The notes below the pieces were generated by a model that was not told the origin of the DNA, made no database searches, and saw nothing but the letters and a program-made list of their open reading frames with translations. Below, piece after piece: positions 24,698 to 37,490 of a stretch of 64,000 bases of DNA. Position 1 is the first letter of the stretch, and the number at the start of each line of letters is the position of its first letter. Source of the DNA: Hydrolagus affinis. Taxonomy: Eukaryota. Location of the stretch: the NCBI GenBank assembly GCA_012026655.1, contig JAAILG010000019.1, positions 62,001 to 126,000 of the forward strand, read 5' to 3'. The position numbers and the translations under genes were made by a program.

Positions 24698-25383
24698 AAA
24701 ACGAAATCTGTATAAAGAAATACTTACTGTTGTGTCTTCTTAAAATTTCCCTTTATAAACCCTGAAACATTGAGACCATTGTGGAAAGCATTGCGGAAAT
24801 CTATAGAGGTGCCCAAAGCATAAATTAGGAAATCAACAATAGTTGGTGGTACAACATATAGCTGTAATTGAATCAGGTTTACTTTCAAGGTACATGAACA
24901 CCTAGGGTTTGTTTATCTTTGAAGACCGTGGCACACTGTACATCATGCATGGAGATTTCTGGGAGGTTGTGGTGCACAGTGTTGTCAAATATTTATTATA
25001 TCTTTTGTTAATTTTTCACAGGGTTTTTGCCCTGCTACTTAGTGATGAAGTAGGCTTCTTGAGTCATTTTTTAAGCACTTTAAAGTTTAAGGATTTAATA
25101 ACATGAACTTCTGTGATTCCTATTGTTGTCTACATCTCTTTAACTGCGGTAGTTCTGATAAATATGTTAATGGGTACATAGTAATCCTATGCATTCCTGT
25201 TTTACATATTGATGTACTTGGCTAGGATAGTTTCTACTATACAACAAATTTACAATACAAATTTACATTTATATAGCCCCCCCTATCGCATTGAGAAGAT
25301 GCCCCAAGGTGTTATTCCACTGTTTGCATGACACCACGAGGATGTGTCGATTCTGAAATCTTTATAACAGTATCTCTAAGAGT

Positions 25384-25597
25384 AAACAAAACACAAAATA
25401 CTACAGATGTTAGGAATCTGAAACAAAAACAAAAGTTGCTGGGGAAACTCAGCAGGTCAGGCAGCATCCATGGAGAAAAGAAAAAGAGTCAACGTTTCAG
25501 GTCTACAAACGTAGACCCGAAATGTTGACTCTTTTTCCTTTCTCCATGGATGCTGCCTGACCTGCTGAGTTTCCCCAGCAACTTTTGTTTTTGTTTC
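25384..25597. mobile_element. Penelope-type short retroelement in inverted (palindromic) form
   Basis: 87-bp arms 25420-25506 and 25511-25597 with 3 mismatches and loop aaac; same unit as 33806-33950 and 51774-51912. Confidence 0.85.
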
Positions 25598-25684
25598 TCT
25601 CACAGTAAAGGTTGAATTTGTTTCTACTGGTTGATAACTGATTGGAAATGCTCATCTCATGCTCTTATTTGAAAACAGTACCAT

Positions 25685-25910
25685 ACTTGGCAGTAGACTG
25701 CCCCCAACCTTTGGAATTCCATCCCGCAGTCCTTCTGCCTCGCCCCCTCCATAGCCTCCTTCAAGTTCCGCCTCTTTGACCATGCCATCGGTCACCCCCC
25801 ATTCCCTTCCCTCCACCCTCCCCAATCCCGACACCAGCTTGTGTCCAAAACACTGACTGTCCAGCGCCTCCGATATGGAAGGTGCTAAACAAATGTAATT
25901 TTGTTGTTGC
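25685..25910 (+). mobile_element. L2-clade LINE 3' fragment
   Basis: tggaattccatcccgcagtcc...gactgtccagcgcc...aaatgtaattttgttgttg. Confidence 0.8.
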
Positions 25911-26834
25911 AAATGAAAATATGTTGATCTCCGCCCAAATAATATGGTTTGCAATATCTGTAGGAGAGAGCACAAATGACAGTTGAGACTCATTACTAAA
26001 TTCCTACTTCAAGTTTATCCAGGAAATAGAATTCAATTGTAGTGTCAGAGTTAATACTGGCATATGGTATTCTTCTCTACCCAACTGTTTACTTTTTCTT
26101 TTACACAAAAAAATAGAAATCAGATACGATGATGGTTGATTCATCCCAACCCTTTCCATTTGTTATCCAGTCCTCCATTTGCTTTCTAAAAATGCCAGAG
26201 GGAAGACCATTTGGAGTAAGACATGAGAAATGTATATCAATAACCATTTACAAAAATTAAGTTGAAGACTTCTACTGTGCGGTTGTTTGCCTCACATATT
26301 ATGGATAAAGTTTTCTTGAGTGACATAAATTCTTGTTCTCAACAATGTTATCGCATTGAATATAGCATTATTGAGGAGGAACCAGCAACAGTACTTAAGT
26401 GTAATGATTAACTGCTTTGAGACGCTATCCCATGTGAAGTTGATAGGTTACATAGAAAATATTTGGGCAGCACTTTTGTGTTTCTAACTTCCTTTGTGAC
26501 AGAACAATTATAATATTATATTGTAATTTAAATCATCAGAAACTCATTATATTTGAGCAATAATGAGCAAAATATGTAAACGAAATTGGCATTTTTATAG
26601 CATCTTATCATGTTAAATTGTCTCAAACTTCTGGATGTAGTGTTTTTTTATGATCAACCTGCCCCACATTCATGCCTTTGAAACATCTCAACACTACGAT
26701 AAGCCACTATCTATATCAAAGAAAGAAGTGAAATTCATTTGGAAATGGTCACTGCTGGCACTGTGTTGACTAAACACAATTGAATAAAATCATAAACGTG
26801 TAAGTGATGAAGGTAATATTAGGCATTTCAACCA

Positions 26835-26938
26835 TAAAATATGCAATCAATTCACTTAACAGTATATTCTGAGATACACTTTGAGATGTCTCGAAGACGT
26901 ACTAAGGCGCTATATCAAATGCAAGGATTATTATTATC
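26835..26938 (+). mobile_element. Young SINE 3' end
   Basis: tcaattcacttaacagtatattctg...ggcgctatatcaaatgcaaggattattatt. Confidence 0.8.
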
Positions 26939-27324
26939 TATTTTTTATGCTCCTCAAGTTCTTACTCAGCAGCAAGATTTTCTAAGTGAGAGAGCAAGCA
27001 ACTTGTTCCCAGGCCTTTTGCCAATATTATTCTGTGCCAGTCACAAGGAAATCTGTTTGAACCGTGGTGGAGAACATGTTCATTGATTTTACTTGGCATA
27101 ATACTTGTAATAAACCTTACAAGATTGCATGTGGAGTGTATGCAAGGGCAATCAGCAACATTTTGAGCAAGGTTGCTTAATTTAAATCTACCCAAACGAC
27201 AAGGAGTTGTTTCTTTTTTGAGACAGAAACCTGTATCGTTTGGCATCAAATCAGCATAGCTGTCAGCGGTTAACAAAGGAAGAGTAAAGTAACACCTTTT
27301 GTGGATTTTCAGGAAGCTGTATGT

Positions 27325-27942
27325 ATGTTCCTCTGCAATATTGCCTGACTCCGCCACTACCTCATCCCCCAGTCCGCTGAAACCCTCATTCATGCCTTCA
27401 TCACATCCTGACTCAACTACGCTAATGCCCTGCAATTCCTCCCTCCATAGACTGCAGATAATCCAGAACTCTGTGGCTCCATCTCCCCCATTCTCGCCCG
27501 ACTCCATTGGCTCTCCATCACCCAGAGGAATCAACTCAAGATTCTGAGCCTCACCTTCAAACCCTTCCATGGCCTTGCCCCACTGCGACCTCCTAACCCC
27601 ATACCAACCTGCCTGCTCCCTCCGCTCAGCAGGCTCTTGTTTCATGTCCCCCGACCCATCCGATCCACTATCTGCGGATGAGCCTTCAGCCTCTCTGCTC
27701 CTAATCTCTGGAATTCCATCCCGCAGTCCCTCCACATCGCCCTCTCCCTGGCCTCCTTCAAGTGCTGCCTCAAGCCCCTCCTCTTCGATGGTCCCATCGG
27801 TTACCCCAAATCCCCTCCTTTCCCTCCACCCTCCCCGTTCCCAACCACAGCTTGGATATGAAACATTGACTGTCCAGCACCTTGAAACATCCTACTGATA
27901 TGAAAGGCGTTATATAAGTGTAATTTTGTTGTTGTTGTTGTT
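27325..27942 (+). mobile_element. L2-clade LINE 3' fragment
   Basis: SSLHRLQIIQNS and CDLLTPYQPACSLRSAG motifs; (TTG)n tail. Confidence 0.88.
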
Positions 27943-28042
27943 CCTTAATCTCATTAAAATGATCAATTAAAAAAAACAGCAAATACCTTTGGGTCATACT
28001 TTATTATGTTACTATATCACTAGAAATGCCCTCCATATATCC

Positions 28043-28066
<24 letters not shown>
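28043..28066. repeat. (AT)12 microsatellite
   Basis: Direct reading. Confidence 0.95.
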
Positions 28067-28074
<8 letters not shown>

Positions 28075-29574
28075 TGAGTAGTGTGAAGAGCCAAGGAGTT
28101 GAAGCAGGCCTCCATAAAACTGTGGACATCACCCCAGCAGAGATTGTTTTTCCATTTTTCATTTCTTCTCACCTCACTGAGAAGGGGGTAATTTCTTTGG
28201 AGAAATTTACATTGTTCTGTGGTTACTTAGTCGTAAACTTTAACGGTAGCTCTATGATTTCAAACTTTACAACCAACATAAAGTAACGTTAGGAGCAAAA
28301 TTACAGATTAAGGTGAAGGTAGAGAACAACTGGAGGAGCTATTGGTAGTTTGTAACTTTGCACCGACAATGCTGAAATATTTTCAAACTTTGAAATGAAT
28401 GCCATCGGTTGCTGATTTTTTACTTTCGCTGCCAAATTATTGTGTAATTACTCTAACTTGGTAGAATTTTAGTTTTTGTAACAAAGAAAGAATTGGGCTA
28501 CCAAATTGTTTTGAAAACTGAATGTTTGATCGCAAGAATAGTCAGTCATTAAAGGTTCATAGAATCATGTGATATATATTTCTGGTTAAATCTACTCTAA
28601 ATTCTTATGCATCTTATTTTTGGCTAATGTATGACAGTTGCTAGCTATTAAAGGCAAGAAATACACATCAGTATTTTGTTTATTATTATTACACTGTTTT
28701 AACAGCTGGATTAAATGTGTGTACAGTATGATACCCTCCATATAGCAGCTGGCTCATGAGCATACTCAGCATTTACCAGCTGAATCAATACTACATTCTA
28801 CAGGTGCCAACTGGCTTAATGATAAGTAGTTTAACCAGTTATTTTGCCAAATAGATTGTGATGATTATTTTGTGATGTCAATCACAAAACAGAAACTAAA
28901 GGTTGAATTTTGTTGAGGTAGATTTTTGGAGTTTTGTGGGGGCATATTCATAATCTTATTGGTGCTGATGGAAAAGATGATTTACCCCAAAACAAAATTA
29001 CATTTGTATAACCGAAGGCCATATCGGTTGTGAGTAGGAGAGGATATTTCTGCAAGTGTCACCTAGGGTGTATTTCCTATCAACCAGTTTGAAATTGATG
29101 TTAGAGGCATCAGAGCAAGTTTTTTTTGGCTCACCTGTTTGTAGTATGGTTGTACTTAAGTTGGTGAAAAATATTTTAGGAATGCACACCAAACACAATC
29201 CATCATGTTGCTCCTAGATAACCTTGCTAAATTGAATGTATCTCCCACACAGTTTACTCAGCAAGTCCAACCTAAAATTTGAAACATCAGACTTCCAATC
29301 CATAATCTTGTAAATTTTATAAACATTTTATAAACCAGTTATACACAGCTCCTGGAAATTTACACAAACATTCAAATGAGAAATTATTCACATTTAGTTA
29401 ACATTTATTAACAAACAAGCACTGTCATGAAACCAAATATAATGAGCCAAGCTATGAAGTACCAAACAATGTTCAACCCAGCTAGATTTTAAACAGAACT
29501 CAAAATGATTGCTGTAATTTTGATCAAATCCCTTCACACTTCGACACCTTCCTAATTCTTTTACTTGTTTACTC

Positions 29575-29860
29575 CCCATTCCACCATCCACTGCCTCCGC
29601 TCAGGTGGCTCTGGCCTCCTGCTTGTCCCTCGTCCCCTTCGCTCCACCAGCGATGGGAGCCACTGAACTTTGGAACTCCATCCCTCAATTCCTCCAACTT
29701 GCCCCCTCCTTCCCCTTTTTGAAATCACACCTGAAGATCTTCCTCTTTGACCATGCTTGCGGCCACCTTCTCCCTTCCCCTGGCTCGGAATCAAACTATT
29801 AAGCATTCCAAGATGCTATCCCATGTGAAAGGTGCCATATACATACAAATTGTTGTTGCT
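29575..29860 (+). mobile_element. Older L2-type 3' fragment
   Basis: ctccgctc...tggaactccatccct...tgtgaaaggtgccatatacatacaaattgttgttgctg. Confidence 0.65.
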
Positions 29861-29959
29861 GTCATTGTTCCACAAGATTGGAAGGCACAGAATAGAGCTT
29901 CTGAAATTAATGAAAATTAGGAAGTAATGTGGACTTGAAGCTGTACCAGCGTGGGAGAA

Positions 29960-30220
29960 GCAGGGTGCTTCAGGGATCCATGCTAGAGTTGAACTATTTA
30001 CATTGTGCATGAAGGATTTGGAAGTGGGAATATAAAACAAACTACCTTAGGTTGTGGATGATACTAAATGGGGAGGCATTGCAAATGGCTGAGCAAATAC
30101 ATGCAGACCTGAATAGATTAAGAAGTTGAGTGATAAGTGGCAAATGTCATTTAATGTGGACAAACAAGATTGAGGATAGAGTATAAATGGTGGATAATAT
30201 AATATACTAGCATAGCAGGA
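29960..30220 (+). mobile_element. Degraded CR1 RT fragment
   Basis: Remnants of GVPQGS (gtgcttcagggatcc), ADDTKLGG (gtggatgatactaaatggggaggc) and KWQMSFNVDK. Confidence 0.7.
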
Positions 30221-30519
30221 AGCTATGCTTAATAGTGATTATCTGCTTAAAGGGTTAATTGGTATACCACAGGTCACTGTTTTGGGTGATCTGGATAGAG
30301 ACAGATTTTATATCACTGGGGCAGGTGCATGTAAAACAACTGAGAGTTGAAAGGATCCAAAGGAATTGAAAGAAGAGAATCAACCGACATAGCAAATGAT
30401 TACTTCTTGGAGGACACCAAAACCTGTTGGCCAATATCCAATATTGTTTTAGCTCCAGGACTTTTAACATAAGACAAGCTGAGCTTCCAGATGAGCGCAA
30501 GAGGTTGAAAACTATCATA

Positions 30520-30715
30520 TCAGGTGAGTCGTACCCTGAGGTACTCTGAGACAAAGCAGGAGATTGTTGAAGCACTGATAAGACATTGTGAGGGAGGAGT
30601 GTGAGGTTCCAACAGATTGAAAGCACGCACATGTATTAAAAAAAAGTGAGGAACCATACTGAGCAACTAAGAAACCTGTTAGCCTGAACTAAATAATTGG
30701 AAAACCAATGGATTT
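30520..30715 (+). mobile_element. Degraded CR1 fragment (pre-RT region)
   Basis: gttccaacagattga...aaaaaaagtg...aactaagaaacctgttagcctg resembles VPxDW...KKG...NYRPVSL. Confidence 0.55.
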
Positions 30716-30967
30716 CTCTCCACTTGCTTTTGGAAATCTTAAGTGAAATATCTTCGCAGATGTGGAACATTTGCATTGTAATCTAAGACTTACATAAGTG
30801 CTAGCTCAGTACCTGCAGAAGCTACAGAGCAGCATTGTATCAAGTGTGCCTTGGAGTACACGAGACCAACCTGGTCTACTGAGATTGCCACAGAGGGCTG
30901 AATTGATTGTGACATTCCATTGCCAAGCACATCACTCTTGGAATCAGTACTGTACTGTACATCTTCA

Positions 30968-31030
30968 AGTAATAATAATAATATAATAATCCTTGCATTT
31001 GATATAGTGCTTTTTACATTTCTAGACGTG
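30968..31030 (-). mobile_element. Young SINE tail
   Basis: aataatccttgcatttgatatagtgctttttacatttctagacg. Confidence 0.75.
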
Positions 31031-33805
31031 TTTAACTTACTAGCCTCTTTTTAACTTCCACCCTCCCCCCACGAAGGATAAGGAAAATTGCAATGAATAA
31101 AGCAGCCACAAAAAGCCCCTTGCTATTCATACAGTGATATTTGTAGAATTTTGAGACAATACTAAACTGGTAGTGTATTATTAGACAAAAATATTTTTGT
31201 GAAGGAACGTATGTTATCAGGTTTTTTTTCTTTTGAAGCTTTGATTTATTCCTGAGCTATATTAAAAATATAAGTTTTCTGTAGTTGAGCTTTTCTGAAA
31301 CGGTTACTTCAATCCATTTTTCGATTTATGGATTAAATGTTGTATGAAGCTTTCACCAATGACCCAGTAAAGAATTTGCTTTCATCATTATAGCTTGATC
31401 CATGCGGGTAAGTCCTTCCTGCTGAGTACGATGTGCCCAGCACAGGCAATGGCTGAGGAAGGAAATAACATGAATTTCTTTATTTTGTACCAAGATTGAA
31501 AGGAAGTTGAAGAATATCACAGCTCAGTGTGAGAAGGAAGATTCTGTCTAAATGAGTTGGATAGAGCCTCACTCAAGTAATTGTTCAGCTCCCGGGTGAT
31601 GGGCTTATATGCCATTAATAGTGTCTATCCCACACTGAAGGTGCCAAATATTTAACTGGGGACTGGTACTAATTTCAGAGCTAATATTGAGTCGTTCTAC
31701 ATCAGTGGTTTCAGCAGGTGGTTTGATCTGACAGTGAAAAGAAAAGTGGGAAAAATTATCTTTGTACTGTAGAATTTCTCTGATTGAATTGACTTATTAT
31801 GCTGGCAGAGGTGCTTGGGGAAATATGTCAGCGGTTAGATGAGGGGAAAATAATGATAGTGCCCAGTCCTTTTACAGGCCTTGTCAGTTAATTCACCACA
31901 GCCATACGTTTAAAAGAATGACATGATTGGGCGCAGCATGGCTGTAGATTTTGCAGAGAAACATGGATTTTTGTACTTCACACTTGTAAGCATGCACCAC
32001 TCTATTAATAGTGAGAACAGACTAACTAGTGAATCTTTGGGACATACACTGCAGTAATGAAGGAAAAGTTTAGGGACAATAATGACCTCTCGCCCCAACA
32101 ACCCCCAACAACATACAGAACATTAAATGTGTTAAACAATCAAACATTTACGGCGAGTTGAAATTGAGCGGTAAATACAAATGGAAATTTTACTGAGATT
32201 ATAGGTTGTATTGAAGCGTTTATGTAAAGATAACTTGTTGATGTATTCCCTATTCAGAACATAAAACAGTAGGAAGTTGTATACTTAGGGATTCGTTTAG
32301 GCTTCCTGGCATTGTTTAAAGAGCAATCATTAGTGGCTTAGCTTCAGGGCTGTTGTGAATACAGGAGAATGGCTGTACTGTCTCTGCAAAATAAATGCTT
32401 TATATTTGCTAGAATTCTTTGGTGTACAATGAAAATGACAGTACAGTGATTCCCTGAATATGAACATGATGACCGTAAACACTTGAGAGCTGCAGTGATA
32501 TGGTAACCCGCGGTGCCTCACACAGGAAAGTCCAGCACTACCTGTAGAGAAAAGACTGGTTACATAAGAATAGAACAAGTAAAAGTGGCAGTTCAGAACA
32601 GATTGCAAACAAAAATAACATTAAAATTGCAGGAAGCAAGAATTCCAGCAGATAAGTACCCAGGTAAAAAAAAAAGCTCATTCTAAATCGACATTTCTCC
32701 ACAACCTGGCATTATCATTTTAGTGAAGTCTCGATGCCCGGATTACCTATAGACACAATCCTTTATGCAGCAACATTGGCATTTCAGATTGAAAGCTTCA
32801 CACTGACTTATTTATTCAAGAAAATATTTGCAATCATTAGCCCCATAAATGTAATCTGGAAAAATCCGAGAGAAACAAACCAACAAGTCTCGGATAAGCT
32901 TCGGAAGACTGGGAAAAGGAGAATTATTGTGGGGATAGAAATGAATATAGAAAATTGGATGTGAAAGAGTCTAGGAGGGGTGAAGGGAGATTGTTTGCTG
33001 AATTATTGTGAGAATATAACAAGAGAGCATGATAAAAGCTAAAGCAGGGATATTTGTGCTCTGTGGAAGGGTTAAACGCGATGATACATTTAAAATTAGG
33101 CAGTGAGTTGGCGAAGCTTTTTTTTAATTGAATAGATAGTGAATTTGTAAAATACAAGTAGAATCCTGTTACCAGGAAAAAAAACATTGAAGCAGACAGT
33201 ATTAATAGCTCAAGGAGTAACTCAGAGTGTGTTTCTGGAAATGGGAGGAATTGAAGAATATAGAGTAATGCGAATGTGGATAGAAGAGTTTGAAAATTAA
33301 AGGAGAGCATGTTGACCTTTTCCTATTCGTAAAACAAATCATAAAAGAAGACCGTAGATTCTTAACAGCTACTGTAGAGGTGAAGATACAAAAATCAAAT
33401 CAATTATAAATAGTACATTAAATATACCACACAGGAGTGAATCTAAAAAAACTAGATTCACCATCTTAGATAGAACTACTCCTTTGCCTCACTGTATTTT
33501 GTTTGCTGCCATCTTCTTTCTGTTGAGATAAGAAGTGGCTGTCTATCAATTTTGACAGCTTGACCCTAAAAATGATTTGTACACATTTTATTTATTTTCA
33601 GCATTAAACAATATTGTTGTTACCTTGTGGATCTGCTGATCCAAGGGAAGAATTAACAATACGATGGAATGTGTAATATCTGTCCCCGTATGATCCATGT
33701 TCTCTGACCTCCTCCCTGACTGTTCTTTCTCTGTCCTCTGCCTTGGCTTGTACTCAGCCTCTCAGTGCAGCAACCTTTTACAAAGATGAGCAATGGATCT
33801 GTCTT

Positions 33806-33950
33806 AAACAAAACACAAAATACTACAGATGCTGGAAATCTGAAACAAAAACAGAAGTTGCTGGGAAAACTCAGCAGGTCAGGTAGCATCCATGGAGAAA
33901 GGAAAGTGAGTCAACGTTTCGGGTCCACAACCCTTCATCAGAACCTATCT
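33806..33950 (-). mobile_element. Penelope-type short retroelement, monomer with 12-bp TSD
   Basis: tggatctgtctt at both 33794-33805 and 33951-33962; unit shared with 25384 and 51774. Confidence 0.85.
33910..33944 (-). ncRNA. Minimal type I hammerhead ribozyme motif
   Basis: Minus strand: gtt-CTGATGA-a-gggt(tgtgg)accc-GAAAC-GTT-gac, giving the catalytic core, 4-bp stem II, palindromic ACGT stem III, 3-bp stem I and a GUU site. Confidence 0.7.
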
Positions 33951-34959
33951 TGGATCTGTCTTGTTTGTCTTTGCAACTTGGGAGGATTGGGTAGCATTGT
34001 TGAAAGCATAGTTTAATTATGGTTAAAAAGGATATTTAAGTTAACATCTATGGTGAATATATCAGTTACTGGCTGTACTTAGCTCAGCTATTTTGATTCA
34101 TGAGCCTTAAATACAGTGTTCCTTGGACATAACACCTCTTTACAACATTACTATTTGTTTTGGATTAAAACACCAGTGCTTCATTTTCAATGCATTTCAA
34201 AACGTGTTGCACACAAACCATGGGTCTTCTGTGGAACCCTGATTATGTGCCAATTGCTGAGTTTTACTATTTTGGGGGACAATATAATCTTCTGGTGATA
34301 GATTTATTCCCAGTCCGACGTGAAAATTGTTTTTTATGTGCAGTGGAGGTCATTTTCTTGGCTGCCTTAAATGTTCAATCAGCTTGACTAAATGATATCT
34401 TCATGTTATTTTGTAAATCGTAAAGTCTGGCTGTCTGTGCGTGTTCAAGCTCCAGAAGTGGAGATGTGCCCAAGCTTAGCCTAAAGGTAAAGATAGAAGT
34501 AATTTGCCTGAGCTGGGGAGTTTCCCTCTGGGACTCGGTGAAATTGTATTAGCCAGGCACCTGCATTTCACTGGAGGTTAAGAGTAGCTCTGGGAATGGC
34601 TTCAAAGGACCGTTGGATTTCTTGTGCGATTTACTACACAGTTAGTTAATAAATCTTTGAAAAGCTACTATTGAATTCAATGCATGTACGGATGTTTATT
34701 ATACTTGGGATTTGGTGTTCAGATAAAAGCATTGGTTTGCTTTGTTTGTTGAAAGATCAGCACGTGTTATTTTTGTTAGGAATCATAGGGTAGATTTCCC
34801 TGTTCAAGCAGTGGCGGATTTGACCGCTGTTGTAAGTGTAATTTACCATCCAAAAATATGTCAGAGGTGATACCTAAATCACTGCAATTAGAATCAGTGA
34901 GTGCTGGGCAGGACGTTGTGAATGGATTGATTCAAATTGCTTAAAATCTATGGTACGGA

Positions 34960-35666
34960 TATTGTACTAAAGATACCTGGATTCCAGAATACAGCACAAA
35001 ACACCTGTTTAAGTGTCTCCACTCATAGCAGAGATCATTAGATTAGGTGAATGATGACTGAATTCTTGCAGCGGTTTCAGGAAAGCTGAACCCCATTGGA
35101 TGAGGTTGGAAGAAATCCACTTGTAAAAGACATTCAATACCGAACACTGGTTTAGAGACTAGTTGCTGGATCAGGCTGAACCAGAACAGCTGGGAATGAC
35201 GAAAACTACAGTACATATCATGAATAGCACCTGCAATCCCAGGAACAGACAGCCCATCTATGTAAACAGCCTGAGTACTTTGAACGTGAATTTAACTAGA
35301 CACGAGTGCAACCAGTCAACATTGAAGAGCAACTGGGTGAGACAGAAAAGCAGTTGGGCTTTCCGAAGCATCTGGTGACTTGTACACTAGACTGTGCTGG
35401 AGATTGTGCCTGAGGTAGGTACTGTCCCATACACGCTGGAAGAAGAAGTGGAAAGTATCCAGCAAGCATCTGGCTAATTTCTGTTTATAAATACCTAATT
35501 CCCAGAAGAGCAACAGATGTCTCAGACAGACGTGGACTGACACCATTCCATACTGTCAGCAAGGAATAGTGTGTGCAGCAACCAAGCAAGGCATTTGTCA
35601 CACATATTTGTATCAGGAAAGGCCAGCTATTGCGGCCTTGACCTCTTATTGAAGAGGTCAATAAAA
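34960..35666 (+). mobile_element. Ancient CR1-group LINE relic with terminal stem-loop
   Basis: Frameshifted remnants resembling LGFL..LV..VLE..PYT..VESIQ; ends in hairpin ttgacctctt-attg-aagaggtcaa and aataaa. Confidence 0.4.
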
Positions 35667-36519
35667 TATTCCCTGCTAAATGCAGTCACAAATCACTGCA
35701 GATTCCTCACATAATATATGGATTTGTCCAATGGAATTTTTGTTTGTGAAAAAAAATACATTCACAACACAAAATTTATTGACATCACTTCTTCTTGGCC
35801 CCAAACACATATTGACCATATTGTTTTATTCAGGAAAAAAAAAGACTGCAAAATGGGGGTACCCTTGACAGTATATGATTTTGAACTCTCCATTTTTTAA
35901 AACTGAAATCTCTGCTATCAAAGGTGCCTTAAACGGTTACTGAAGAGACCATGATTTGGAGCCACATAACTTGGAGCCACTAAATAAATCTTCAATAGTG
36001 ATATCAGATTTGTCAGATGCCTCAGGTGTGAGTTAGGACAGTGAGTGTCAGTTAGCCGTTTGATGGAAATGTCAGATTTGAGACATTTCTATAAATATTT
36101 CTGTTTGAGGGAAATAATTGGGATCTCCTGAGGGCTAAACTACTGCCAAAGAGCCATGCTTGATACACTGAAATATACAATAATCCAAAGCATTGTTAAT
36201 GATTGATTAATCTATCCATCTCATCAATGACTTTGAGGTGTAGAGTGGTACATGTCCAACTCGAAATTAGGTTGTAACTTATCAACATATTTGATTAATT
36301 CTGATTAGATATGCTGATCAACCTTCAATAGTGTGAAGTAATTATGCATAATACAAAATCCAGTCTCAGCTCAGTTGTTTTTAGTTACATTGGTTTGTTA
36401 CAATTTTCCCAACACATTGTATTGGTTCATCTAATGTTACACATAAATCTGACTCTTCATCAACTATTCATAAACTCTGTTGCCAAAGAACATGGCAAAA
36501 GGGGGAATGATTAAAATAA

Positions 36520-37055
36520 ACTTATAGATCACAAGATCAGTTCAGACAAATAAACCTTTTTTGATCAGATTGTTCCAGGATGCAACATAACAACATCTTC
36601 CATTTATATATAGTACATTTCGCGCAGAGTAGAACAACTTTCCTACCATTCCTTCAATGGCAGCCGCAAGTTTCTTAAATGAGGCCACTATCCTGATCTC
36701 AACAACCCTTCCTGAGAAACCTCTGAGCAAAGAAGTACTTGATGATGTCTGTCCCTAATCTGGAGCTCCTTGTGCTTGTGCATTGTTTGGGGTTTATTAT
36801 TTCATTTTTTGAATCCCATTTAAAATCTTATATTCTTTGAGATTATTAGATATTTTAGACGACGTGAAAAGCGCTATATCAAATGCAAGATTAAAATATT
36901 ATATTCTGATATTCTATGAGGTAGGTCCCCTCTTGAGAAGTCACTTTTTTCAAGGCTGAAAAGCCCTATCCAAAGCCCTTGTCCAGTCATTGTTCAGAGT
37001 CATAAATTATTTCTCTAACATTGAAGATTATTTGTGTTGCTCTCCTCTGCACTCA
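36520..37055 (-). mobile_element. Degraded CR1 3' region interrupted by a young SINE tail (+, ~36835-36900)
   Basis: tttcttaaatgagg...tcaacaacccttcc; ttttcaaggctgaaaagcc; gttgctctcctctgcac. The insert reads gacgtgaaaagcgctatatcaaatgcaag. Confidence 0.55.
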
Positions 37056-37259
37056 AAACATATTTACCTGGGAAGTCCATGTGCCTCATTTTTTGCCTTC
37101 TAAATCCAGTACCTGACATTCTGTGACTGACATCTGCAACAAGATGACTCAAATTACAGAAAATTTAATGGGAATTTCAAATAACTAATATTGAATATAT
37201 AGTTACCTGAAATTCTGTGTCAGAAAAAATCTTAATGTATTTGTATTCCAATAAAATGC

Positions 37260-37490
37260 ATCCTATAATTGGTCTCATTCCCAGATAAGGGAAAGTAAAA
37301 AAAAAATCAAATTAATTTCCTGATTGCTGTTCATTTTCCTTCCATTGGAAAATACATGCACATGTGAGGACATTGTGTGAGTGAGGTCAGTGGTTCACTA
37401 GTGATGGCTCTTACGTTTAAAAACTCTGATGACACTCATTGTCTGCGCTCATTTCTGAAGAATGGCTACTCGGTATTATGACAAGTCTAC
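37260..37490 (+). mobile_element. Old unassigned SINE-like repeat
   Basis: gacactcattgtctgcgctcatttctgaagaatggc resembles 42405-42435 and the reverse complement of 16095-16140. Confidence 0.4.

Noticed and set aside
25328-25528. Similar short ORFs here and at 33765-34016 (KQKQKLLGKLSRSGSIHGE) suggesting a peptide family
   Set aside because: The similarity comes from the shared Penelope-type repeat; starts lie in unrelated flanks.
26962-27735. Longest ORF in the track (257 aa)
   Set aside because: Antisense to an L2 fragment and running into unique intron; no recognisable domain.
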